Shown here: piece by piece, positions 37,309 to 46,543 of the stretch
Position numbering within the stretch: position 1 is the stretch's first letter
Layout of the letters: the number at the start of each line of letters is the position of its first letter
Virus record (IMG/VR): IMGVR_UViG_3300047472_000309
Span: 124,001 to 188,000 of that record
Direction: 5' to 3' (one strand)
Length of the DNA: 64,000 bases
The notes under the pieces: model-generated
Seen by the model: the letters and a program-made list of their open reading frames with translations, nothing else
Told to the model about the DNA's origin: nothing
Databases searched by the model: none
Position numbers and translations under genes: made by a program

Positions 37309-38574
37309 TTATGCCGTGTAGCGTGGATGCTGCCAACCGGCTTCTTTCGCTTGACCGTGGACCTTACCCAGCACGCCTTCCGAATACTCCGGTGCGACCA
37401 CCAGACCTTCCAGCGCACGCCACTTGTTGTACAGATCAACCAAGAAGCGCTTGACCATGTAGCGGATGGCCATGTTGTGTTTGTGCAGGTCCGTCTTCTC
37501 GGCGTGGCGCGGATCGTTCTTCAGGCGGTTCTTGTAATTGTTGTAGATGACCGCATACGGGCTCGGCTCAACCACCACCGTGTGACCCTTGGCGCGCAGG
37601 TAGATGATGACGGCCTGATCTTCGTCCATCTCTGCGTAGTCCTTCGGATCAAAGCCTTCTTCCTTAGCGAGCTCCAGCCGACGCAGTGCACCGACTTTCT
37701 TGCCATCCACCGTGGAGATGCCCGCACGCAAGAACGAGGTCCCTGCCACGCCGATCAGCTTGGTCTTCAGGAACGGGTTGAAGGTAATCGAATCACGCAG
37801 GGCGAGTTCACCTTCGCGGTTGGTGTATTCCTTCTGCACCAAACAGAAGTCACGCCGTGAACGACCGACCGCTTCGAAGGTCACCGGATACTTGCCTTCA
37901 GCGAGCATCGGCTGATCGAAGTTCTTGCTGTCGGCGTACCAGGCGTCGATTTCCTGACCCCGCACCGTCTGCTCACGACCCTTATCGTCGATGTACTTGC
38001 CGATGTGCACTACGTCCAGGCCTGCGAGCTTCCAGAGGCTTGACGGATATTCCGCCTTGGTGATGTCGATCTCAGAGACGATGATGCCTGCCAAGGCCGG
38101 ACCAATCCCGCGCACGCTCGACAAGAACTCGGTATAGATCGGGATCTTCTTCAGAATCCGTTCCATGTCCTTGAAGTGGTGCTCTTCGTTCTTGAGCGTG
38201 TTCAGGTAGTTATCCACCAGCAACAGTTCGCTGTAGTGCGTGATGAGCTCATCGCCCTTGAACTTCTTCTCCGTGGGGAGCTTAGCTGTCACGGTTTCAG
38301 CGGCTTCAGCCGTGTCGTCGTGGTGCTCGTCGATGATACCATCGGTGATGCGGCGATAGGACTTGCGCAGCTGCTCGAGCAGGTTCTTTTCCTGCTTCTC
38401 GAGTTCCGCCTCGCTCATGCCGTCCTGACGCAGACCGAGCTTGGCTTTGAAGCTCGCAGTCACGCGGTTACCCATCTGGATTCGCAGCCCTTGCATGTCA
38501 TAGGCCGAGCGCACCATGGTGCGAATCACTGCGAGGTTGGGGTTGTAGGTCGGAGCGATGATCGGGGTATTCAT
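37309..38574 (-). CDS. tasA: TIGR-associated Nop-domain protein (TasA-like; IS110/Nop5-related, no nuclease domain)
   Basis: starts at the IS110-type coiled coil (IRTMVRSAYDMQGLRIQMGNR); VRGIGPALAGIIVSEIDI..EYPSSLWKLAGL, FNPFLKTKL, Y..YK.R, H.HNMAIRYMVKRFLVDLY..WR.LEGL; no N-terminal RuvC/DEDD or HNH; abuts the dual-repeat array. Confidence 0.85.
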   Translation of the reverse strand: MNTPIIAPTYNPNLAVIRTMVRSAYDMQGLRIQMGNRVTASFKAKLGLRQDGMSEAELEKQEKNLLEQLRKSYRRITDGIIDEHHDDTAEAAETVTAKLPTEKKFKGDELITHYSELLLVDNYLNTLKNEEHHFKDMERILKKIPIYTEFLSSVRGIGPALAGIIVSEIDITKAEYPSSLWKLAGLDVVHIGKYIDDKGREQTVRGQEIDAWYADSKNFDQPMLAEGKYPVTFEAVGRSRRDFCLVQKEYTNREGELALRDSITFNPFLKTKLIGVAGTSFLRAGISTVDGKKVGALRRLELAKEEGFDPKDYAEMDEDQAVIIYLRAKGHTVVVEPSPYAVIYNNYKNRLKNDPRHAEKTDLHKHNMAIRYMVKRFLVDLYNKWRALEGLVVAPEYSEGVLGKVHGQAKEAGWQHPRYTA

Positions 38575-38620
38575 GATTCGGTTTCCTTGTTTCAATTGTA
38601 AGTGGTTGTATACGCGTTAA

Positions 38621-40071
38621 TGTTACACTAGCTGCTCTTGGGTGAGACTCTACTGGTTTGATACACTAAGACAATCTGGATGAATCGTTGAGGTTGATAC
38701 ACTGTGCGAATATGGATGAATAAAGGTCGCTGATACACTACTCTACGCTGGGTGATTTCTGTATTGTGATACACACAGACCTGATGGATGAATAACCGTC
38801 CTTGATACACTAACCAACATTGGGTGGCTTTTGCGCCATGATCCACTATTTTCAACTGGGTGAATTGAATACGTTGATGCATTTTCCACGTTGGGTGGTT
38901 TAACTTCGCTGATACACAGTCCTTCGTTGGAGGACTCCAGGATAAAGATACACTAACCGGAATTGGGGGACTGTTTGACCGTGATACGTTACTGCACGTT
39001 GGGTGACTGCAAACATGTGACGCACTGCGAATTGATGGGTGGTTCAAGACTTTTGATACGTTGAGGGATACTGGAGGCCTAATGCACGATGACTCAATCA
39101 TCCTACTGGGCGACTTGATCGATGTGCTACACATACCTCGCATGGATGAATCCAATGTCTCGGTACGCTGATATTCATCGAGTGAAGGCGTCTTTCATGG
39201 CACACTTCATGCTTTGGGTGTCTCTTGCCTCTGATCCATTCTATCACAATGGGTGGCTGGAGCAGATTGATACACTCGAGATCGTGGGTGACATTCGTCC
39301 TACCTTGATACATTAACTCATGACGGATGCATAGACGTCTTTGATACACTTACGATGCATGGGTAATTAGCGTGCTTTGATGCACTAACTCTTTTTGAGT
39401 GCGCTTCCCGAAGTGGTACACTAAAAATTTTTGGGTGTCTGCGTATTTTTGATGCGGTTGATTGCGTGGGTAACTTCCATGTTTTGGCCCGTATTACTCA
39501 TTTGGGCGACAACACCTTTTGACGCACTTCTCCTCCATGGGCGAAATTAAACCGGTGGTACGATTTCGACTCTCTGGGGGACTATGTCAGTCTGACACAC
39601 TAGACTACAATGGGGGACTTTTACTCATTGATGCAATTATCCGGTTTGGGCGAATAACAAAAACATGGTACATTCATCTCTCCTGGGTGCTTCAACATGC
39701 CTGATGCGCAAGTGTAGTATGGGTGGCTTCATCTTCTCTGACGCACTGTTCGACAATGGGTCACTTAGTTACTGTGATACACATTTCCCCTATGGGTGCG
39801 ATACCGATGTGATACATTTATTGCAATTGGGTGACTGGTCCGGATTGATACGCTGACTACGCCTGGATGAATTAGCGCTCGTTGGCACACTGGCATAGGG
39901 TGGGTGAATCTTGAGTTTTCTGATGCGCTTGGCGCAACTGGATGCCAATGATACTGTGCCACACTTCGACAACTGGGTGACTTAACTTCCTTGGTCAACT
40001 ATGCGGGACTGGGTGACATCGATACTCTGATACACTAAATCAGTTGGGTGACTGGTGGTTCTTGATGCGTA
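38621..40071 (-). repeat. TIGR array (tandem interspaced guide RNA array), ~40 units of ~36 bp
   Basis: alternating 9-mers TGATACACT and TGG(G/A)TGA(A/C)T separated by unique 8-12 nt (mostly 9 nt) spacers; unit starts at 38659, 38695, 38731, 38767, 38803, 38839, 38875 ... 40028, 40063; strand assigned by inference. Confidence 0.9.
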
Positions 40072-40076
40072 CTACG

Positions 40077-40105
40077 GCCCGAGGTTTGCCTCGGGCTTTA
40101 TGCCG
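40077..40105 (+). terminator. hairpin + TTTATGCCG at the distal end of the array
   Basis: GCCCGAGG-TTTG-CCTCGGGC-TTTATGCCG. Confidence 0.6.
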
Positions 40106-40113
40106 CACAGGTG

Positions 40114-40413
40114 TTAATGCACTGTATCATTACCGCGGTGCAACACCGTCAGGTTCTCCTTCACCTGCTCGACCCTGATCGTCGTCTTCGCGATGATATC
40201 GTCGACATAGGCAAGCACTTCAGTAGCCTCGTCGATCAGGACCAGATCGTTATCCGCCATGCGCTGACCTGCTTCGCAGAACGGTTTCACGCGCCCGGTG
40301 ATCTTGCCGATGCACTGGCTCAGCTCTTCAAACGTCGCGAACGAATTCGGTGGGTTATTGACAAACGCCACAAGTTCTTCACGTTCTTCGGGGGTGAGTT
40401 CAAAACGTTCCAT
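40114..40413 (-). CDS. hypothetical protein
   Basis: 99 aa, AGGAG RBS. Confidence 0.65.
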   Translation of the reverse strand: MERFELTPEEREELVAFVNNPPNSFATFEELSQCIGKITGRVKPFCEAGQRMADNDLVLIDEATEVLAYVDDIIAKTTIRVEQVKENLTVLHRGNDTVH

Positions 40414-40435
40414 CGTCTACTCCTGGTGATGTTCT

Positions 40436-40801
40436 TTACTGCGTGACTTCCACGACCTCGCCCGGAATCACACGAATCGAATCCGGCTCGTAGACATCCT
40501 TGTAACCTTGCGGGTACTTCCGGCCGATCTCGCTGTCGTCGTTACGCGGGTCCCAGTGCACCACGTACGGGCAGCGATTGCCGTCGTAAAAGCCGCTCAC
40601 CATAGCACCCATCATGGCGCTTTGCAACGCCGCATCCTGAATGGTCGCAATGGCTTGCGCCGCTGCGCGCGGATTTTCCTTCGCGTAGCTATTGGGCGTG
40701 ATGTTGTTGTAGCCGACGATGGTGCCTTTACCATGCGAGTGCGGACCACCGTCGAAGTGCGTGACGCGTTGGCCGATCGGCAGCAGCTGTATTGGTTGCA
40801 T
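40436..40801 (-). CDS. hypothetical protein (SH3-like)
   Basis: PIGQRVTH...GKGTIVGY...YVVHWD pattern. Confidence 0.65.
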   Translation of the reverse strand: MQPIQLLPIGQRVTHFDGGPHSHGKGTIVGYNNITPNSYAKENPRAAAQAIATIQDAALQSAMMGAMVSGFYDGNRCPYVVHWDPRNDDSEIGRKYPQGYKDVYEPDSIRVIPGEVVEVTQ

Positions 40802-40802
40802 A

Positions 40803-41150
40803 TTAGTGTTTCACAATTAGGTTGGTAGGGAGCTCGGGGTCTTGCTCAGCAATCCGGATAATGCGATCCTGCTCATTCACGAAGAGCGCCCACTTGGTGA
40901 CCAGATGGTCAGCGCGTGTCATGGTGAGCAGGTACGCGGGATTGGAGTGACCGTCGAGTGTCTTAATCATTCCGTAGACCAGACTGTAGCGCAAGGTCTG
41001 GCCATTGAAACGCCGCAAGATCGTTTCAAAGTAGGGCCGCGCCAACAAATGCAACTGGTGCTTCGCTTCCAGATCGTGGCACTGTGCATAGATGGCCTGG
41101 ACCATATCGCCGATATTACCTCGAGCAGCCACGTCGAGTAGCGACGCCAT
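40803..41150 (-). CDS. hypothetical protein
   Basis: start MASLLD after AGGAGG. Confidence 0.65.
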   Translation of the reverse strand: MASLLDVAARGNIGDMVQAIYAQCHDLEAKHQLHLLARPYFETILRRFNGQTLRYSLVYGMIKTLDGHSNPAYLLTMTRADHLVTKWALFVNEQDRIIRIAEQDPELPTNLIVKH

Positions 41151-41176
41151 GACTAACCTCCTGGAACATAGAAACC

Positions 41177-41677
41177 TCAATTGCTCGCAAGGAGCATTGG
41201 AATATGCGGGGGTGGAAGAGATGCTACGCGCACAGTTTGCTGCTTAGCTGCAAGAATCGTCTTGACGGCTTGACGAACCTTGGTGGCGTACACTGCGCGC
41301 TCTTTAGGCGTGTTCGAGTGATAGCCGCCGACGGCAGCCCAAGTATTGCCGTACCGGTTCATCGAGCGACGCAGCAACCAGGCTGCGACGTATATGTTCT
41401 TGCAGCTCTGCATCAAGTCCCGACGGCCGATCTTGTACCTCTTCAGTTCCGGGAGATGGATCGAATTCACTTGCATGATGCCAAAGTCAATCGAACCATT
41501 CTTGTTGCGATTAATGGCCTTGGGGTCCATTTGGCTTTCTACCGTGGCGATCCCTTTTAGGATCGTCGGATTCACGCGCTGGTAAGCCGCAGCATCCGTA
41601 AAGCAGTCAGCCTGTGTAACCCCGGAAAACAGCATAGTTGCAGCGGCGAGGGTGGTGAGGAGTGTTCTTCTAACCAT
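41177..41677 (-). CDS. soluble lytic transglycosylase (SLT, IagB-like)
   Basis: signal peptide, DCF..AA, IATVES (catalytic Glu), D.GIMQVNS, AVGGYHS. Confidence 0.9.
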   Translation of the reverse strand: MVRRTLLTTLAAATMLFSGVTQADCFTDAAAYQRVNPTILKGIATVESQMDPKAINRNKNGSIDFGIMQVNSIHLPELKRYKIGRRDLMQSCKNIYVAAWLLRRSMNRYGNTWAAVGGYHSNTPKERAVYATKVRQAVKTILAAKQQTVRVASLPPPHIPMLLASN

Positions 41678-41738
41678 CGTTCTTATTTCCTATTGTAATC
41701 AGCGTTGATGAAGGTATTGCGTTCCTAATGCTAAGTTA

Positions 41739-41755
41739 GTGATATAGGGCTGAAA
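41739..41755 (-). promoter_or_regulatory. early promoter motif
   Basis: TTTCAGCCCTATATCAC, near-identical to 10724-10740. Confidence 0.7.
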
Positions 41756-41816
41756 TCAGATTGACGTCATAGAGCGAGGAAGCTCTCCTCCCCGCTTTTT
41801 GACGTTGCTTGTTGTT

Positions 41817-42119
41817 TTAGTGATGCACTGCAACGAACTGGTCCGTCACCGTCCAACCATAACGTGCCGCCAGCTGATTGGACCACGCGAGGCATTCGGC
41901 GTGGGTGCCAACATCACACAACGCCAAGGCGCGGCCGTCCTTGTGACGCGCGTAGGCCGAGAAGAATTCCGGATTCTCGTTATCGACCACGCATGGATGC
42001 GAACCGTCTTCGACCGTGCCAGTAGCGGTACGCACGCCACAGATTTCAATGCCAGTAAAGTTCTCCGGCTGATCCTTGATCACTGCGGCTGCGAAGAACT
42101 CGTTCTTAAAGCCTTCCAT
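41817..42119 (-). CDS. hypothetical protein
   Basis: start MEGFKN after AGGAG. Confidence 0.65.
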   Translation of the reverse strand: MEGFKNEFFAAAVIKDQPENFTGIEICGVRTATGTVEDGSHPCVVDNENPEFFSAYARHKDGRALALCDVGTHAECLAWSNQLAARYGWTVTDQFVAVHH

Positions 42120-42148
42120 GGTATTGCTCCTGTAGTGAAACGTTATAG

Positions 42149-42499
42149 TTAGCGTAACTGCGGCGGGACTGCGTTGGTGACAATCGTGCCGTGATGCATG
42201 AGGTAGTCCGACGGGACAGGCCAGTGATGCAATTGGTAGACCACGTCCCGGCATCCAAAACAAAAGACTTTGTGCCTATGGATGTCGTACCAACCCGTGC
42301 GTGCACCGCACTTAGGACAATTAGGGTTCGCACCCCAAGTCTTACGAGGCGGGGGAGGAGGTTGCTTCTCCCAAACCTTCACCCACTCGCCTTTCTTCTT
42401 GACATAGATCTTGTTGACCGGAACCTTTTGCCAAGTACTGCGCCGCAGGCTAAAGAGCCGCTTAAATAGCCACGTAAGCATGCGCACCGTCAACCTCAA
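42149..42499 (-). CDS. Zn-ribbon protein
   Basis: CPKC...CFGC. Confidence 0.55.
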   Translation of the reverse strand: MRLTVRMLTWLFKRLFSLRRSTWQKVPVNKIYVKKKGEWVKVWEKQPPPPPRKTWGANPNCPKCGARTGWYDIHRHKVFCFGCRDVVYQLHHWPVPSDYLMHHGTIVTNAVPPQLR

Positions 42500-42911
42500 C
42501 GCGAAACCACAGCTCGAGCATGGCAGACAATCTGGCCAATACGTCCAGCGAAATCGGGTCGTCCAGATTCCTGAACTTGGTCATCGGGTACTGGAGAGGC
42601 CGAAGTCGTCTTGCCACCTCGGCGGGCTTGATACCCTTCTTCACCATGGCGTTCCAGATCAACACCTTCGCCTCGACGTTCAGACTGAGCGTCATGGCCA
42701 TTTCGTCGGCTTGCGGGTTTGAGGGCATCGGGATCGGCTTGCCTTGCTCCATCAGCAGCTCCGCGATCACCTTGAACGCCTCGTAACCCATCTTCACCGC
42801 GTACTCTCGGGTCGAGCCGCGCGGCGCGCCAGTGGTCAATTGCGGAATATCGCGCGATTGGACTAGCCAGCCCGGATCGTCGACCGTTACCTTAAGCGGA
42901 TAAATCAGCAT
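42462..42911 (-). CDS. hicB: HicB-like antitoxin (orphan)
   Basis: YP....DD.GWLV...DIP...T.....E.A.....EA...G.PIP.PS, then AKVL.WN.M...GI..AE.ARRL HTH. Confidence 0.8.
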   Translation of the reverse strand: MLIYPLKVTVDDPGWLVQSRDIPQLTTGAPRGSTREYAVKMGYEAFKVIAELLMEQGKPIPMPSNPQADEMAMTLSLNVEAKVLIWNAMVKKGIKPAEVARRLRPLQYPMTKFRNLDDPISLDVLARLSAMLELWFRVEVDGAHAYVAI

Positions 42912-42929
42912 TTCCTTGTTTCCTTCTTG

Positions 42930-43322
42930 TTAGTCGAACTTAATATCACGCAGGCGCTGCCTAGCTGGGGCACGTAACCAACCGAAGCTCAGTACGTAGC
43001 GTGAACCTTGCTCAATCGGCGTGACCATGTGCAAGCACTGATCGGGCCGAAAGAGTGCAATGCGCCACCAGCGAAAGATACACTTTTCCACCACAAAGAA
43101 ACCACCGACTTTGGGTCGCTTCACCTCGATGTTAAGTCGATAGTGACGCTGATCAAAATTGGCTTTGTCCTTGTGAGGTGGAATCGAGGAACCCGTCGGG
43201 TACTGGATCAAGTGCATGTCGAACTTGAACCGGGAGTTGTTGATGAACGTCATGATGCGATAACCGCTCTTCTGACGTCCCTCTTCCCACTTAGGCAGCA
43301 GGCGCCTGAGTGCGATTAGCAT
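42930..43322 (-). CDS. 2OG-Fe(II) oxygenase
   Basis: Y..GS.IPPHKD (HxD), LHMVTPI..GSRYVLSF (His, Arg). Confidence 0.8.
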   Translation of the reverse strand: MLIALRRLLPKWEEGRQKSGYRIMTFINNSRFKFDMHLIQYPTGSSIPPHKDKANFDQRHYRLNIEVKRPKVGGFFVVEKCIFRWWRIALFRPDQCLHMVTPIEQGSRYVLSFGWLRAPARQRLRDIKFD

Positions 43323-43608
43323 TCTTCAGTAGCTCCGTATCGAAAACGGTTTCGAAAACATCCGGCGCAATACCACGATAGTAGGTGACCCGCAGTGTTA
43401 GGCGGCCGTTATCCTTTCCCCAGATGTCTTCAACCTCTCTCACGTGCTCGGAGATCGAGGACAACCTTCCGTAGAAATCCAGAAATTCATCCTTGAAGCT
43501 CGGTGCCAGCACTTCGATCATCGACAGAATGCCTGACAGCTTTAGACCGAGTGCTTCGATGAACTCTACGTGTGGTCGGTCCGAATTAGGACGGGTGAGT
43601 TTTGGCAT
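43291..43608 (-). CDS. hypothetical protein
   Basis: 105 aa, coupled. Confidence 0.6.
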   Translation of the reverse strand: MPKLTRPNSDRPHVEFIEALGLKLSGILSMIEVLAPSFKDEFLDFYGRLSSISEHVREVEDIWGKDNGRLTLRVTYYRGIAPDVFETVFDTELLKNANRTQAPAA

Positions 43609-43898
43609 TACTCCACCCGATCGAGATCTTTCTCGGTGACACGCGGCTCAGTCTTGGGTGGTTCCGGCGGGATGTCCTGCAGCCAGTCTTCGGCCACCGT
43701 GACGTACATGCCCGTCGCACCATACTGGGAGACGAACTCCTTGCCATCCGCCGACTCGACATACCAGAGTGGGCCGTGCTCGATGTGATCCAGCGGTTGA
43801 CGATGGATCGTCTTACACTTGCGACCCACTGCCAGACCGTTGGGACCATTGGCCGAACCAATGATCAGATAGACTTTCCCCGGAACGACGTTTGCCAT
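43608..43898 (-). CDS. hypothetical protein
   Basis: 96 aa, coupled. Confidence 0.65.
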   Translation of the reverse strand: MANVVPGKVYLIIGSANGPNGLAVGRKCKTIHRQPLDHIEHGPLWYVESADGKEFVSQYGATGMYVTVAEDWLQDIPPEPPKTEPRVTEKDLDRVE

Positions 43899-44302
43899 TA
43901 TGCTGCTTCCTTTGCTTCTGCGCCTGTATTCAGGCGTCCTTTGATAGGGAGGGCCAACAGACGCATCACGTCGAGCAGACGCGGCACATCGGTGACGGAA
44001 TCGATTTCCAGCAGGCGATGCTCTTCGCTGCGCGACAGACGCAGCGACAGACGAATGCCGCAGTAAAACGGCTTGCTCGGATCAGTCTGCTGACAGATGG
44101 GCCGCAGCGTATAACGGGCACCATGGTGCGTGATGAACTCATGGATATTCGCACCTTGCTTCCACTGCTTGAAACCCAGATGCTTCACCGCACCTTGCAT
44201 CGCTTCGATGAAGGGCAGGATATACTTCGCGTGATGATCCGCGTTCGCGACCGTGCCTTTGATACCTTTACCGCCTTTACGCAACAACGTTACTTCAGTC
44301 AT
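43898..44302 (-). CDS. hypothetical protein (ADHHA motif)
   Basis: 134 aa; G....ADHHA recalls the integron cassette protein VCH_CASS14 family (weak). Confidence 0.6.
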   Translation of the reverse strand: MTEVTLLRKGGKGIKGTVANADHHAKYILPFIEAMQGAVKHLGFKQWKQGANIHEFITHHGARYTLRPICQQTDPSKPFYCGIRLSLRLSRSEEHRLLEIDSVTDVPRLLDVMRLLALPIKGRLNTGAEAKEAA

Positions 44303-44368
44303 TTACTCAGCTCCTTTAAGCTTGAGATTGAGCCGACCTCAAAGTCTGGCTCGGGTTGGATAAAACGT

Positions 44369-44731
44369 TTAGCCTGCTCTCGCCAAGGAGAACAGGTTGT
44401 AGCAAGCAAACAGAGCCCACGGAATCACGATGATGGCGCCGATGACTCTGCGAATGCTTGCTCGACGAGTGGCCGCCAGCGCGATCAACAACACGCCCGT
44501 CACCCCCATCATGAAAATGAAGACGGTGAAATCAGTCGACAGCGGCTTTTCTTCCGGCAGCGGCAACTGATGCGGCGGTTGCACCACCTGAACCGTCGTG
44601 CCTGCCGGAGCCTGCACGATGATAACTTGGGGTTGGGATTGCTGACTCGCCGAATGCGAATTGCTGTCATCCATGGCCGCACTCAAAGCGAGGTTTACCC
44701 CGACATTGTTAGTGAGGGGGACGTAGCTCAT
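44369..44731 (-). CDS. membrane protein
   Basis: two C-terminal TM segments. Confidence 0.6.
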   Translation of the reverse strand: MSYVPLTNNVGVNLALSAAMDDSNSHSASQQSQPQVIIVQAPAGTTVQVVQPPHQLPLPEEKPLSTDFTVFIFMMGVTGVLLIALAATRRASIRRVIGAIIVIPWALFACYNLFSLARAG

Positions 44732-45057
44732 TCGGGCTCCGGCACGTAGTTGATGGTGAACTGACGGATCTCCGAAGCGCTCGGACCCAGCTTGACCCAC
44801 TTGAGGATCACTTGGTCCTTGCTCACCGTGATGGTCTTGGAGTCCGACTGGAGCATCTCGTCGATCTCGTCCTTGCAGAAGAGGCCGCTCTCGCGCATTT
44901 CACGCAGCGTCGCGTCGATACCGTATTTCGCTACGACGACGAGTGTGGCTGCTTCCGGATTCTGCAGGTGACTCGTCAGGTTACGGCTCGTGTCGAGCTG
45001 CTTATCCGGAATCGGGTTCCGACCTTCTTTGAATTCCATCTTGGTAAAGTCTGCCAT
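44728..45057 (-). CDS. hypothetical protein
   Basis: 109 aa, ACAAGGAG RBS. Confidence 0.7.
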   Translation of the reverse strand: MADFTKMEFKEGRNPIPDKQLDTSRNLTSHLQNPEAATLVVVAKYGIDATLREMRESGLFCKDEIDEMLQSDSKTITVSKDQVILKWVKLGPSASEIRQFTINYVPEPE

Positions 45058-45258
45058 CTTGTTCTCCTTGTTATTAAACCTACGCTATCGTGATGGGGAA
45101 GAAATCTGCATCAACGTGCTTGACAGCGTGCTTGCGCTGACCCGGATGTGGACGACTGCTCGCCGTGGTTACATTGAAGGCCACAGACAGAACGTATGCG
45201 CCCATCTTGTTGCGCCAGCGACGAGAATTCTCGCTTTGGCGTTTGATGAGCTTACGCA

Positions 45259-46131
45259 TTAGACTCTCGCTGTCGTAATGCCCATCTGGCCTTGATACTT
45301 GCCTGCGCGCTTGGCATAGTCGACTTCACAGTGGTCGCCCTGCAAGAACATGAACTGCGCGATGCCCATGTCCGCGTAGACTTTCATGGGCAACGGCGTT
45401 TGATTGGCGATCTCGATGACCACCTGACCCTTGAAGCCGGGTTCGATCGGTGTCACGTTAATCGCACAACCTGCGCGCGCGTACGTCGACTTGCCGACGC
45501 AGATGGCCACCACGTCGGTCGGCATGTTGAAGTACTCGATCGTGTGGCCCAGCACGTAGCTATTGGGCGGAATGACCACGTAGTCGCCTTCGTGATCGAC
45601 ATAAGCCTTCTCCGGCATATTCAGCGGATCGATGACTTCCGAGAACACGTTGGTGAAGATCTTGAACTTGCGACCGAGCCGAACATCGTAGCCCATGCTC
45701 GATGTGCCGTACGAGATGATCTTCTGGCCGGGATTCGTTGCAATGGCGCCGTCCTTAGTACCGAAGCGCCAGATTTGCTTGTCATCATCCCAGTATTTGT
45801 CGGCAGTGCGAACCTGCCCCGGCACGAAGGGTGTGATCATGCGCCCCCATTGGCCGTCCGGTTGACCGACCACCAAACCCTGATCCGGGTCCGGAACGAA
45901 ACAAGCGCCGCCTGCGAAGCCGACGGCCTGCTCGATCGTGAGTTCCTTCAGGTGCCGCATGGCTTCTTCCAACCCGCCCTTCCAGCGCGTGTCGTCCCGA
46001 TACCCGTCCCCGAGGCAATAGAGCTCATCACCGACCAGTGCGTAAAGCGTCCGGCGCAGGTTGTTATCGACGCGCTGATGCGTGGGCATCAGCGAGAGCT
46101 TTCTGATGGCGCGGTCATTCAAAATGGTCAT
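45259..46131 (-). CDS. dcd: dCTP deaminase with N-terminal insertion
   Basis: [44 protein letters not shown]. Confidence 0.93.
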   Translation of the reverse strand: MTILNDRAIRKLSLMPTHQRVDNNLRRTLYALVGDELYCLGDGYRDDTRWKGGLEEAMRHLKELTIEQAVGFAGGACFVPDPDQGLVVGQPDGQWGRMITPFVPGQVRTADKYWDDDKQIWRFGTKDGAIATNPGQKIISYGTSSMGYDVRLGRKFKIFTNVFSEVIDPLNMPEKAYVDHEGDYVVIPPNSYVLGHTIEYFNMPTDVVAICVGKSTYARAGCAINVTPIEPGFKGQVVIEIANQTPLPMKVYADMGIAQFMFLQGDHCEVDYAKRAGKYQGQMGITTARV

Positions 46132-46240
46132 TTCACTCTTCCTTGTTTTAAGGTCATACTTGCATACCGTGAGGCTGCGCAGTAAGCTTTATCCTGCAAC
46201 GGCATAAAGCCCAGAGTAGCTGTACCACCCTGGGTCTCTA

Positions 46241-46543
46241 TTAGCCTTTCCCCGTTCGAGCCAAGTATTCCTGCACCCGAGCAATCTCTTCGGGCGTAGG
46301 GTCCTGGGGTAATTCGTCATGGATCACGGGTTTCAGACGGATCTCTTTTACGAAACCAATCTTGGTGCTGCAATAAGAGCACCAGCACTGACCGTTGGTA
46401 TTCTCTTCGAATAGTTCATCCATGACGATACCTTCGCCCACGTCCTCGAGATTGACATCGTGCTCACTCAAGCGAGTCTGGTAGCGAACGTAGTTCCCAC
46501 ACTTCGGGCACTCAAACTTCACATCCCAGCAAACGCCCATCAT
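46241..46543 (-). CDS. Zn-ribbon protein
   Basis: CPKC...CSYC. Confidence 0.65.
   Translation of the reverse strand: MMGVCWDVKFECPKCGNYVRYQTRLSEHDVNLEDVGEGIVMDELFEENTNGQCWCSYCSTKIGFVKEIRLKPVIHDELPQDPTPEEIARVQEYLARTGKG

Noticed and set aside
37309-38595. Active IS110 insertion sequence
   Set aside because: The N-terminal DEDD/RuvC catalytic domain is missing, and the adjacent non-coding region is a multi-unit guide array, not a single bridge RNA.
38621-40071. CRISPR array or coding repeat (ORFs 38628..39155, 39098..39349, 39765..39998 etc.)
   Set aside because: Repeats and spacers are only ~9 nt, two repeats alternate, and there are no cas genes. Frame-breaking unit-length variation and frequent stops argue against a repeat protein.
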